Shown piece after piece: positions 12,451 to 24,066 of a DNA stretch of 64,000 nucleotides. The position numbers and the translations under genes are program-made. Location of the stretch: positions 806,001 to 870,000 of the forward strand of contig RHPI01000638.1 of assembly GCA_009103225.1 (NCBI GenBank). The letters run 5' to 3'. The notes beneath the pieces are model-generated. The model was given only the letters and a program-made list of their open reading frames with translations. It ran no database searches and was not told the origin of the DNA. This DNA comes from Chlorokybus atmophyticus. Taxonomy: Eukaryota > Plantae > Mesostigma and Chlorokybus algae. Numbering within the stretch: the first letter of the stretch is position 1; each line of letters opens with the position of its first letter.

Positions 12451-12699
12451 CTTGAGCTAAAGAATTTTTTCACCCTCAAGTTAAAGATAACAAAGCACAG
12501 CCTGAAGAGCCTGCATACATATTTATAAATGCAAACACATAAAAATAAATGTTTAATTCTCTTGGTCAATCACCTTTTAGCATCTTTCCTAGTTCAGTAT
12601 ATCGGGCGCTGTTGCATGTAGACCGACCGTGTGTACAAACTGTGTAATGACTGGCGGGTATATAAGCCCGCGGTTTGTTGGTAATGAATGGGAAGTGTA

Positions 12700-13000
12700 T
12701 TGCCTTCTCATGTGTGTCACGGCTTGCCCTCTTCACTTGCATGCTTGCTTCTCAACAAATGCCGGATGCAACTACAAGCATTGCGTGTTTGCGTCGAGTG
12801 TCGCAACAGAAGCGCGCGCCAGTGGCATCGATGGTGTTAGGATTCGGGTTGCGACTCAACCTATCAGCGTCGGTGTTGATGACACCTAGCTTATACGTGA
12901 TGGTAAGGTCATATTCTTGTATCAACAGAACAGCCCGAGCGAGCGTGCTTGCTGTTGAGCTTGTTGCTGGTGAGAAGCTACTGCAGGGGCTAATGGTCTA
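12700..13000 (-). mobile_element. Ty3/gypsy RNase H C-terminal remnant, related to the element at 41.45-41.70 kb
   Basis: The reverse complement aligns by eye with 41440-41690 (KHAR.A.L.QEYD.TIT.K.GVINTDAD.LSRNPNP). Confidence 0.75.
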
Positions 13001-13049
13001 AAACCAGCTCACAGCGGTAGCCAACGCACGGAATTTATTTCACAGACCT

Positions 13050-13560
13050 GGTCCGCACGTAAAGACTCGGGTCAACACGTCAGGGCGGCTTGGGGCCCAG
13101 ACGAGGGTCGCCCGCCTTGATTCGAGCACAGGGACCAAGCCTGGCAAAAATGCGGGTTGTCACGCTTGATCCTGGGATCAGGACCAGCCATAGCTGCTTT
13201 GTAGTCACGTGCGCAGTAGGACCACTATTGGTCTCTCATTCGTTTAGATGCATGGACCAAGGGTGGCCCTCCCAGCAAAATTCTTCCAAGAACATTACCA
13301 ATACTGGTCACGAGTGGTCGGATTAGCCTTCGTTCGCACCTTATGACCATGCATGGTCCAGACTCGTGGGACCAAGCGTGGTATGCTGTTGGGACCATGC
13401 CTGGTCCACACCAAGCAATTGCAGCGTACCAGCAAAACTTTGCGGCATTGTCCACGCTTGCAATCAGGACCAGCACTGGTGCACGACACCCACGGGCATC
13501 CTGCACCGGTGTTGACCTATGGCCTATAAATCAGCATCACACGATTCATTGGACCAGTTC
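13050..13560. repeat. Region dense in GGACCA/TGGTCC motifs; probable transposon non-coding remnant
   Basis: Many GGACCA(A/G)C-like words occur in both orientations. A similar region lies at 15760-16085. Confidence 0.4.
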
Positions 13561-16500
13561 TATTATTTAAAGTATACGTAGTTGGCAATCAGCCAGACCG
13601 TTGTCCACAGGCTACAAATTGTCAAACAGCTATCCTACATCAGCCCTCCAGTAACTACTTCCAGTGCTCATACCGCCTATGACCAAATAAAGCGCATGCT
13701 GTGCACTCCACGTGATCTATATTATGCACGCACACGTCCCCTGTTCGCACAACCTTGAGCAGTCGTAGAGCGCCTGTGAGATGGACAAGTGCACGCCGTG
13801 TGCGCCAAAGTCTGTTCTTGTCGTAGACCCTGCGCGCACTCTGTGTGAGCAATACAGCAATTGAGGAACATTGTACATTTCTTAGCAGTGGCAACATTGT
13901 GAAAATCCCTCTGGGATACCTGATGAGTCTTGTAAGGTTTGGTCCCGACTAGCTCTCGGTGCCCCACAAAGCGTAACCTCTTTGGCTTAGGCGTTTCACT
14001 TTTATCCGGCATGCCTGCATTACAATGCATGCTCAGTGCACATACACATGGCCAAACTGCTCAAAGTGGCAATAGCTTACATGGGAGCAGCCTACGAGCA
14101 TTTCCTGGAGATTGCGATGTGACACTGTGCACTGGCTCCAGCTGCCAATTTGAAAATGGCCTACGAGTGGCCTATGAGCTCAACTTGGTTCTTAATATTT
14201 TTCTTTAGAGTATCTACCTCAATCACCCGTCTTGCGTCGCGTTTGCCCCCATTCATTTTTTCATGATGGCAAACTGCTCAACCGCTTACATGATACGGCG
14301 GGTTGTGATGCTTCCCATCTGAACATGGTCACAAAAGGGAAGAGGTGCTACCTCGCGTCATTAGCTGCACCTCTTTGTTCCGCTAGAATTCCCGCTGGTG
14401 GCCAACCTACACTCTGGTCGGTGGATGCTCATTGTTGTAGCACACAGCCGTAAGGTGCTCCAGCTCCTCATCATCTTCTCGAATCTGGATGTCATCAGAT
14501 CCTTGCATCTGCATACCAACAGCATTCAACCAGCAGCATATAAGCAGCGGTTGAAACAAGATATCACCTTCATATAGCTTGCAGCTAACACACCTAATCT
14601 TCTTCTGGCATTCAAGCCCAGTTCATCAAATACACTCGCCTGGCATTCCCCCATCCGAATGTGCCTGTTAAGGCTGCAATCACCTTTCGCGCAGACGTAG
14701 CTGCCGGTTTTGCTCATAAACATGCTTGGCTACTCAATGGTCACGCTCTGCACATGCAATCCATCAGTTGGCAAGCTTGAGTGTCATTGGCGGTTTCATT
14801 CGTGCACACTGCAACGAACTACACGCGGCGCTCGACTCACAAATGGTGACATGCCGTAACAAAAGCATAGAAAGCACAACGTAAAAACCAAACATACTGT
14901 TGAGGATATTCCTACATCTAGGTCAGCTGGTAAGCTTGCCCTTTGCAACAGAATAGCTATTAGAAGGTTTCAAGCGCCTCGAGTCGAGAGGTCCAGGCGA
15001 GAAGGTTCTAGGCGCATCGGCGAGTCCGGAGGCTGGAGACTTCTAGACACTGTAGTAGAATAATTGTATCTTGGTGGTTACTTGACTATTTGGCGTGCAC
15101 TTGTGCATGTGTATGCTTGTCATCGTCCATCTCAACACATACCTCCAGCTCGGCATGCATGTGGTTTACCGATGACCTTCCCATGCATCAGCCTCGTGAC
15201 CCAATTGGTATGAAGGGCCGCACGCTGTTGTCCTCCACGCAAAACACTGGTAACCAATCTTGGGTTTGGGCGCTGTACGTGCAGCATGGCTCATCAACCT
15301 CTCTATGGCTCTACTGCAAGTTTTTCTGGCGTAGGAGATCTTGTGTTGCATTAAGAACCAACTTAGAACGCTGCTTCTGTTTGCGCTAAGCTGCTTGGTT
15401 GACTACATGTAGCTTGAGTACAATCGATTGGTGGAGTCTTTTAACAATATTGCTGCTTTTCGGTCAGCCATGATGGGGACATGCGTAGTACCCACGAAAC
15501 TAGCTGCCTCAAAGGTTATTGCCTCTGCCGCCGAGATCGCAGAGCAAGCCCAAAACCCTAGGAAATGGATAGAAGACCATGCAGCCCAGTGCCTACTACT
15601 CGTTTAGCATTGGCACACGTCACCTTGGGAGCAAAGGATCATGTAAGTTGCGTCGTCGTGCCCATGCTAACCAACAATCTGGTCCAAGTAGCTGCCAATG
15701 TATTGCTCCAACCTTTCTCCATAATGTTCAAGAGCCATTGCTTGACAGTTGTTGAGTGTTGATCCAGGATCAGGCATGGTCTATGAGGGCCGCTTGCGAC
15801 CATACCAGTGCAGCATAGTTCTGCTTGGCAGAACTATGATTGGTCCGTACAGTATACGCGTGCTGTATCAGTGCTGCCCTGCCTCATAGGCATGCAACCA
15901 GCCCTGGTTCCATTGCTCAAGCCTCGTGCTGACCAGTGCTGCACTGATTTGCAGGCCGCGGGACCCGCGATCAGCCCTGGTATGGTCTATTGGACCAGGC
16001 CGTTCAGCTCCTGGGCGAGACCACCGGTAGTCCGGTCACACGGGACTAGTTGTGGCACTGGTATGCCACAGCGTACCAAACGTGTCTGGCCAATACTCGA
16101 CTGCCGTGCTTGGCTGTCAGCGCGTGACGTCGGCAGTGAATCCGCCACCGCAAAGGATGCGTTAAACGCGCCCTCAGCATGCACCCGCTGCCGACGTCAT
16201 AGCCCCAAGCCGCGCACTCGGTAGCTGACGCAGTTTACCTTGCAGAGTGCCGGCGCTGTAAGCTTGCACGGCGTAGTAGTCGTTGTTGTTATTGTTGTTG
16301 TGCTTAAGGAAAGCAGCAGTGAAGGCAGTGGCAGCGCTAAGCTTGTTGTTGATGAAAATGTTGAGGTTTTGTTTTTTGGCTGCTAGCTGCACAACTTGAA
16401 TTGGGAGTTGCATGAGACTGCATACACGATTATAGGGGAAGAGGGGGATGGTGGTGAAGTTCAGACACGTGCTAGAGCACAGGCAGCGCCAAAGCAGGGT

Positions 16501-16899
16501 CCGTCCGCACCTGCTGCCACTAACCTGCTGTGCATTCAGCAACGCCAACTATAGTGCCAGCTGCAGGCATTTCGGCAGCGCCTACGGGAGGACCTGTCCT
16601 CACCAGGCCCTGCACAGTAGAGGACATCGCGCTCGAGCTCTGAAAAGACGCTCAACCTATCACCCCACCATCTGGCCGCTTCGTGGAGTCCCTCACGCTC
16701 CGAAACAAGCTCGCCTTATACAAGAGCTCCACTCCCGGCTGGCTGTGCGCTCGCATTTGCGAGCTTTGGCCCGTCAGAGACACGGGATGGGTGAAGGTGT
16801 AGGTAGAGTCAGTGCTCGTGTTTGTGATGCATGACCGTTCGCCTGTCTGAGGCGTCAATCTGTTGCATCCTCCCGAGGGTGATTCTGGCATGCGCCTGG

Positions 16900-18700
16900 C
16901 TGTTGAGTCCACGCTCGCATGGGTTTCAGATGCTGCTCCCATTGCCACTCACTCTGTTGCTGATGCTGAGGGACATCTGCCCAAGAATCCACGTCTGCAC
17001 CGTGCGAAGGACATGAGTGATGATACTGATAAGGCACCACCTCTGTTGGACGCCGCCCCTGTTTATGATGATGGTGACGTCATCATGGCCATGGACAGAT
17101 GCATCCTCAAGTTCACGCACAACTCGCGCCAGTATGCCTTCTGAGACCATGCTTGTGGCAAGAACTTGGGGTTCAAAGAGAAGCGCCTACTGGACGACAT
17201 GCAGGGTATTCAGTTTCATGGTCACCCCCCTTTGTCGTGGACATTAGCTCAGCTGTACAGCTGAGAGTCTGATACATATCAGATGATGCTGCAGCACTCG
17301 TGCGGTCACCATTATGCTGATATGTTTAGCAATGCGGCCGCAAGCTTGTTTGGCAGAGCTAAGGTGGACAAGCTGTTCAATGAGCGCAAGCTCATTGCGC
17401 AACTTGATGCCCTGTACGGTGAGCAAGCTCAGGCCTGCATGCGAGACCGCCCTCCCGAGCAGCAAAGGTGTGCTCACACGTGCATGTCTTTGTGGAGTGC
17501 TGTGCCTACCAGGCATTAGGCTTGTTGAAAGAAGTATTACCTTCAAGGTCTGGCAGATGGTGGGCCTATGTCGACGCGCTTGGCAGCTGTGGGCTGGGGC
17601 GCATGCGCGTGTGCGCAGCTGCTTTCGTATGCGTGTGCGTATGCGTGCAAGTGCAGCTGCATTTGTGTCCGCTTCAAGCCTATGTTTGCAGCTGCTGCAT
17701 CATGCGTCATTTTACCATTGATCTAAGATGGCATGCGTGCGTGCACGGCTGTGTTTGTGTCCATTTCAAGCATGTGTGCGCAGCTGCTACGTCGTGCGTC
17801 ATGTTGCTGTTGATTCAGCATGGGTGAGTGTGCAGCTGCGTTGGTGTTTGCCGTGAGCATGTGTTGCACCGAATGCATGTGCGACTGCGTTGATGTCCGC
17901 TTCAAGCGGGTGTGTGCGTGATGCGTCATGTCACCGTTGATTCAGCACTGTCCGCGTGTAGCTGCGTTTGTGTCTGCCTTAAGCTTGTGTGCACACCTGC
18001 TGCGTTGGTATCCGTTTCAAGTATGTGTGCAGCGGCAGCGGCACGCGTCATGTCGCCGTTGATTCAACATGCGTTCATGTGCAGCTGCGTGTTGTGTCCG
18101 CCTTCAAGCGTGTGTGTGCAGCTGGTGCGTGCTTGTGAGGGCTTTTGTGTCTGCACTAGCCGTGTGTGCATGTACCGCGTGTGCGCATGTGTGCCATTGT
18201 TGCTATGAGTAGCGCGCTGGCGTGCAGCTGCAAGCAGCCAGCTATTGTGTGTCTAGTGGGTCAAGTACTTGTTGCAATGGCCGGAAGTGCTGAGCCTGCA
18301 GTTGAGGCCACCTGGTGCGCGGTGTATGCGCCTGTAGCACACCCAATTTACGTGCCATCTCAACATTGCGTGCTGCGTAAAGGCAGCAGCGTGGCCGCTC
18401 TGCTGGTGGGGGCCAGCAAGGAGAAGGCAAGGTTGCTTGGCGACAAGACACCCACTACTTTGAGGAAGGCCCATCATGGTGGTGGCTGCTCCTCCCAACC
18501 GCGGTCGTGGTCAGTCGCGTGGACGCGGACGGGGACAAGGCGCTCACCATTATCCTTCGGGCCCTTTCTACCATCCTTGTGCCCATGGTCAGCGCCACCT
18601 GCTGCATGCGGAGATCCACCTCCATGGGTGAAGACGGAGAAGCACTGTGCTCTGCTGGCTCCATAGTAAGCAATGCTACCTCGAGATGATAGCATGCGCA
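16900..18700 (+). pseudogene. Gag-like ORF remnant of the tyrosine-recombinase retrotransposon, interrupted by a tandem array
   Basis: Broken protein-like frames (...YADMFSNAAASLFGRAKVDKLFNERKLIAQLDALYG...; AVEATWCAVYAPVAHP...) lie between A1 and RT. The assignment is positional. Confidence 0.5.
17590..18200. repeat. Degenerate ~80 bp tandem array inside the element
   Basis: Recurring GCAGCTGCGTTTGTGTCCGCTTCAAGC...GCGTCATGTCACCGTTGATTCAGCA units, about 6-7 copies. Confidence 0.75.
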
Positions 18701-19839
18701 TCACTTGCGTGCGCGCGTGCGCAGAGTTTTGTGTAGTGTGCACAAGTAGGGTTGTATATATTGTACAAATGTGTGTGCTAAGATGCGTACACGCGTGCAC
18801 ACGTGTTCGATACTGTAGATGACATACACTTTGCGCAGGGCATCAATAAGCGCTATCAACCCCAAGTGTAATATATTGCATTGTGAGATGGCAGTGTGCT
18901 CAGCCAGTGTTGTGCTAGTAGGACCCTTGATGACATGACCATGACCAAGATCATGATGAGCTTGTGGCACATGACATGACTATGCCAGCTCCAAGCCCGG
19001 TGCTGCTATTGTCTATCGATCACCATGACTTGCAGCAGGCTTTACAACAATGTCCTACCGTTGCAATGTTGCCATGTGCCACGCATGACGGCAATCCGCC
19101 ATGTTTGAAGGCGGCTATTACAGGTAAACGCCCATCAAGCGCCACAATGACGAGCATTGCGTCAACGGCTTTAAGCGAGCATCCAATCCATTGTGACAAG
19201 TTTGCCACGCATGCAGACGTGCCTCTAAGTACAGTCCCTGAAGTCCCAGACTTGCTGGACGCTTTGATACGGCAACCATTGCAGCATCGCATGCAGATGC
19301 TAGCATTACGACCTGCGGAGCTTGCGGAGCAGCCACCCGCCAATGCGGAGGTGTTGTGTTTAGATGTTGAGCAAGAGCACTTGGTGCGTGAACTCTGATG
19401 TGAGCTTAACAAGGTGCAGGCTAAACCTGTGGTTCCCGAGTGTGATGAGCATCAATGGCAGCACGTTGTGCGCTCAGCAACTATAGATACGGAGCACTTC
19501 ATGGCTGCTATACCTTGCCAATGGCAAACAGCGAGGCGCACGTGGTTGACTATCACTAGGCAAGATAGCAAGCGTCGTGAGCTACGCTGGTTAAGTTAAG
19601 AATACCAGTTGGATTGGGTGGGCACATTTTAACCCAGCCAAAGAAGTTGGAAGAAGTGATGCAGATGTTGCTGCAGGAGGATTGCATTCTCGATTATGTG
19701 GAGGCAATGATACAAAAAGAAGCTCCAACTTAAATTGAATTGCGCAACAAGCAGTTAGCTATACGGCAGTGAGCATTGTGCTTGAGGAATCAAACAATCC
19801 AATGCGCTGAGGAGCAATTTTCGCCGTACACCCTTTAGC

Positions 19840-20450
19840 TGTGAAGGTGATTACAGGTATTGGAGTGGTTGAAAATGATAGCGGCAAGCTGCACCTCATT
19901 GTGGATCTAAAATACATCAACCTTTTTGGCACATATTCCCTTTTGTTATCAGCACTTGAAGAATGTGTTGCTGTACGCAAAGGCTATTCTCAAGTAACAG
20001 CGGACTTGAAGTCAGGCTATCATCATATGCCAATACATGCAGACAGCAAGCCCTATTTGGCAATGGAATATGATGGAGTTGTATACTGTTGGAATGTGCT
20101 ACCGTTTGGCCTCAACTAAGCATGTTGGTTGTTTACAAAGCTGATGTCCACAATCTTCACACCCTTGCGCAAGCTGGGCATAGGCTGTTTATCATAAATT
20201 GATGACATGCACCTCAGCCATGCCAATCGCCGCCATATGTGCTGGCGCATCTTGCAATTATTGCGGTTGCTGAAACTTCTGGGCATGTTTCTCACCCTGG
20301 AGAGCGTGTTCTGACCGCAACTGTGTGTCAAGCTGCTGGGCCTGCTCTTGAACTTCGGGCGTGGTGTGTTCCGCTTACCCCCTGACAAGTAGCAGAAGTT
20401 ATTGGAGCTGATGCACAAGATGATGAGCGCAAACGTGGTCACCAAGCGTA
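19840..20450 (+). pseudogene. DIRS-type reverse transcriptase domain (decayed)
   Basis: GKLHLIVDLKYIN...ADLKSGYHHMPIH...YCWNVLPFGL...FTKLM...LRKLG...*IDD, where the YIDD motif carries a TAA stop. Confidence 0.9.
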
Positions 20451-20695
20451 TGTTGCAAAAGTAGCAGGAAGATTGGTGGCAATGAAATTGGCCTTGGCTC
20501 CCGCATACCTGTATGCGCGCTGGCTGCTACAGCTGACCACTGATCAGAGTGATTGGGATGACGACTTTACACCACCACGTTGTTGGTGGACTTCTTGTTG
20601 TGTGTGTGTGTGGCTGCAGCAAAGCATGCTTGCAGCTTGCTGCTGTGCATTAAGCAACGCCAACTATAGTGCCGCTAGCAGCATGCTTGCTGCAG

Positions 20696-21000
20696 GACAT
20701 AGGGGATTGGGCACCGGCGAAGACACCCATTGCGTGGATCCAGTCTCTATTTGGCAAGCCTTATCTGAATGTGTTTGCAGCGGATTGGAGCGCCACATTT
20801 GCAGCGTTCATGTCGGTTGTGCCAATGCCGGGCAGCGTGGGCAATGCACTCACCTCCGATTGGAGGCAAGCTTGGATGGAGGCGGGCAAGGAGTTTTCTG
20901 GTTTCTCCCTCCGTTCACCCTCTTGCATCAAGCAATTGCATTATTTTAGCATTGTTAGCTGCCAGAATGGCACTTTGCTGTTTGGTGACCTGCTGTCATG
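20696..21000 (+). pseudogene. DIRS MT (N6-adenine methylase-like) domain remnant
   Basis: DIGDWAP...WIQSLFGKPYLNVFAADWSA...F.S....PGSVGNALTSDW, then after a frameshift FWFLPPFTLLHQAI. This matches the DLFA...(N/F)PPF pattern of DIRS MT domains. Confidence 0.7.
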
Positions 21001-21118
21001 GCTTGGCGCAAATGAGACATGCGTTATGTGGGCAAGCACAGGGACTGGTTTGGGAAAGGCGCCTGAGTACCTGACAATACCATCAACCCGGGATCTTATC
21101 CGAACGTTGTGGCTTACG

Positions 21119-22170
21119 TCACATGGGAATCAGAGGTACATACCTGTTGTGCAAGTACAGATGCATACTTTGCGCTCCTTTCCACAATCCCTGAGCTTGA
21201 ATGACTTCCAGGGACACACCCGTGCGTAGCGCATGCTGCGCACCACCTCGTTGGAATGAGTGCAGTCCCAGGTGAGGGCGATAGATGCCACTTCTTTGGC
21301 AGTGCTTGACAAATGCGTGATATGCGCAATCACACCGCGGATACTGCGCTCCTCCGAGTGCTTTTTGTTGCGGGCTAGCGGACGAAAGATGGGGCCTTTC
21401 TTGATGCTTAAAAGGTTCTCATGTACATGGCTCAAGTACAGCTCCAGCACTTTGCAGAACTCCACACTCAAGTCGCTCTCGCGGACTTTTATAGTGTACT
21501 GTACTATAGTTCTTGAGATGGGTGGCTTGTGAACAGACCTCAATGCCGTCTATTAGTATATGTTCCATTCTATGCAGGCACCTTTACTACCTCTTGACCA
21601 TGTGCACCACAAGTACATGCACAATGTGTAGTCACGCCGGAGGACTGCGCTTTCATAAGTGGCCCGCACTTGGTCGAGTACTTTGCACTTGCTGCTGAAA
21701 GTAGCATACAAGTATGTTCATTTCGATATGAGCCAAAGGTATGGCAGGCATGGGCTGCACGCCAGCTTGAGCGGTCACTTTGGCATAGCCAGCGCGATAC
21801 TCACGCATATTCACAGACTCGCAAGGTTGCCTGCAGGATGACTTATGCTTCATAACCCCACTCTACCAAACCACCTGAAGCCAGCGCTCAAATGCATAAT
21901 GGTCACCTCAATGGTCCTGCTGGATATCATAAGTGCACCATTTTTATCCTTGCGCCGGGCTTTGTTGATGTGCACATCGTTGCAATACCCGGCTAAATAG
22001 CTCGTTACCACGGTGGACGTGACATCTGCCACGGCAACATGCAGTGCTTGCAAGTAGCCCATGAAGTCCTGCCACACAAGCTCCCGCCAAGCGCGTGTAT
22101 TTTCATAAGTGGCTGCAGTACTGATGCGCTCCACATCGGCCAAGGCGAGCATGGACCGTTGCTGCATATT
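21119..22170 (-). pseudogene. Tyrosine recombinase on the strand opposite to RT (decayed)
   Basis: GNPCESVNMREYRAGY...; LRRDYTLCMYLW..WSR; PIFRPL; across a frameshift, HS-RGGAQHALRTGVSLEVIQAQGLWKGAQSMHLY, giving the R...HxxR...W...Y catalytic pattern. Confidence 0.85.
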
Positions 22171-23749
22171 GCGTTATAGTAGACTCCCATTGCCGACGAG
22201 CAATCGCCGTATGCGTCGGGTCCCTGCGTCAGCTTGAAGGGACCGTGCGAAGCCCATACCTGCGCATGTGACTTGAGTAACAGATGGTGGACGCAACTGC
22301 TCATGTGCTTGTTGCAATTCCGTGTAACCACTATAAACATCAGGTGTGTCTTAATTTTAATGCAATGTGTCGATAGCTTTCAGGCATGTACAGACGCGAT
22401 TGTTCTCTTCCAGCAGTTTTGTCCGCTGATTTATATTGAATGGGAGGGTAGCACTCAATACAAGTACAGATGATTGCTAAACCTGTTACCACTGAAGAGG
22501 ACAGATCAAAGTGTCATGGTACATGCCCAACTTTGCACACTAGTGTAAGATTATGGTTATCAACCATTGTGATTTACATCTTGCATCGTGTGAGAGCTCA
22601 TACACTGGCTAGTGCGCGACTGCCGACGGCAGTGGCTGAGAGCGCAACGTCGGCAGTTTATAGCTGTATTGCCTGCCACCGCAGCCGATGCAGGCGGGCG
22701 TTGAACGCGCCCTTAGCCTGCACCCTTTGCCAACGTCACAGCCCCGAGCCGCGCACTCGGTAGCTAACGCAGCGTACCTTGCAGGGCGTCGGCGCTATAA
22801 GCTTGCACGCCGTAGTAGTAGTAGTAGTTATTGTTGTTGTTGTGCTTGGGCAGAGCAGCAGCGACGGCGGCGGCGGCGCTAGGCTTGTTGTTGACCCTCC
22901 CGCCACACCCCAACTTACGATGTGTGTAATACATCAATCACGCCGACGCGCGTAATCTTGTGTTGTCTTAATCGCACAACTACAGATAATCGTTACCGTC
23001 TGATTGCATTCATGTAGCAATCGCACGATTGTATAGCATCTGTGTTTAACATTGTCTCGTTTGATACAACTGATCGTGAGGTCACGTGCAACGCCCTGGT
23101 CTGCTTATTGGTATATCGTTTTCTTGCCGTCGATGCGCCCTTAGTAGTCAATACAAGTACAAATGATTGTCAAACTTTTTACAACTCCTACCACTAAAGA
23201 GGACAGATTGTAGTGTCATAGTACATGCCCGACTTTGCACACTAGTGTAAGATTATCGTCAGCAACAATTGTTATTTACATCTTGCGTCGCAAGAGCTCA
23301 TACACCGCGGGCTGCGTACGACATGTCCGCGCGTAAAAAGCCCTGTGCAAGAAGGAATGGCCGAAAGAACTGGCCATATATTCTCGTTGCTGCGTCACAA
23401 GGCATCAGTCCCACGCACTGCCGGCGCACTACTAGTGCGCGGCAACATGCAGCGGTCCCCTGGGTCGTCTTCCTCCTCATCGTAAGTTCGTCCTCTTCAT
23501 GCACATGCATGAGCACTCTCACGCTGCAGTTGCATCTGCCGGCAATTGGGTTAAAAGACGGTTGTCAATTGAAGTGCAATAAAGTGACCTAGAGTAAAGT
23601 ACTACACAAAGGTGCACTGTTAATTATATATTTCTGTTGCTCACCTTAAATCAGCGTACAACTTTCCTTGAGTTAAGCAAAGAAGTTTATGATGAGTCAT
23701 GCATACACCGCGTAAATCCTGGCAGCCCTCAGGCTGCCTGCCTCACCAG

Positions 23750-23915
23750 CTTGGTAATACCAAGTCACGCGCGTTCCTGGCCATCATGCATAAACGGCGT
23801 AAATCTTCAACTTGTAGCCTGCACCTTGCAGGCTGCAAGCTGCAGCCCTGCTGCCTCACCAGCTTGGTAATACCAAGCTACACGCGCATGACTTGGTATT
23901 ACCAAGTCACGCGTT
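23750..23915. promoter_or_regulatory. Three copies of the palindromic CTTGGTAATACCAAG motif upstream of secreted gene B
   Basis: Copies at ~23751, ~23862 and ~23891; the last reads CTTGGTATTACCAAG. Homologous to the single motif at 3057-3086. Confidence 0.35.
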
Positions 23916-24066
23916 CCTTCCTGGTCATCTAGCTCCGGATCTACGTGATAACCGTTGGATGGTTGCGTTGCTTATGTACAGTCAGCCTGCATTGCACAAT
24001 AGCAACGCAGCCCCAGGTCTTCTCCAAAACTGTCCCAGCCTAGCGGCGGTGGCGGTGCACAGCGTC

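Larger units (their letters stand above)
16086..23305 (+). mobile_element. Decayed tyrosine-recombinase (DIRS order, PAT/kangaroo-like) retrotransposon with split direct repeats A1...B1-A2-B2
   Basis: A1 16086-16352 matches A2 22606-22894; B1 22455-22605 matches B2 23148-23305. Gag-like remnants, RT and an MT-like domain are on +, and the tyrosine recombinase is on -. Confidence 0.88.

Noticed and set aside
13600-14760. KDZ transposase cysteine cluster, chromodomain or PHD remnant on the minus strand
   Set aside because: Only scattered Cys/His patterns across stops and frameshifts; the spacing does not fit any one family.
14898-15410. Solo LTR (TGTTGAGG..., AGAAGGTTCTAG motifs, a 17 nt resemblance to the TRIM1 interior)
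   Set aside because: No convincing right boundary, TSD or partner LTR was found, so it is not called.
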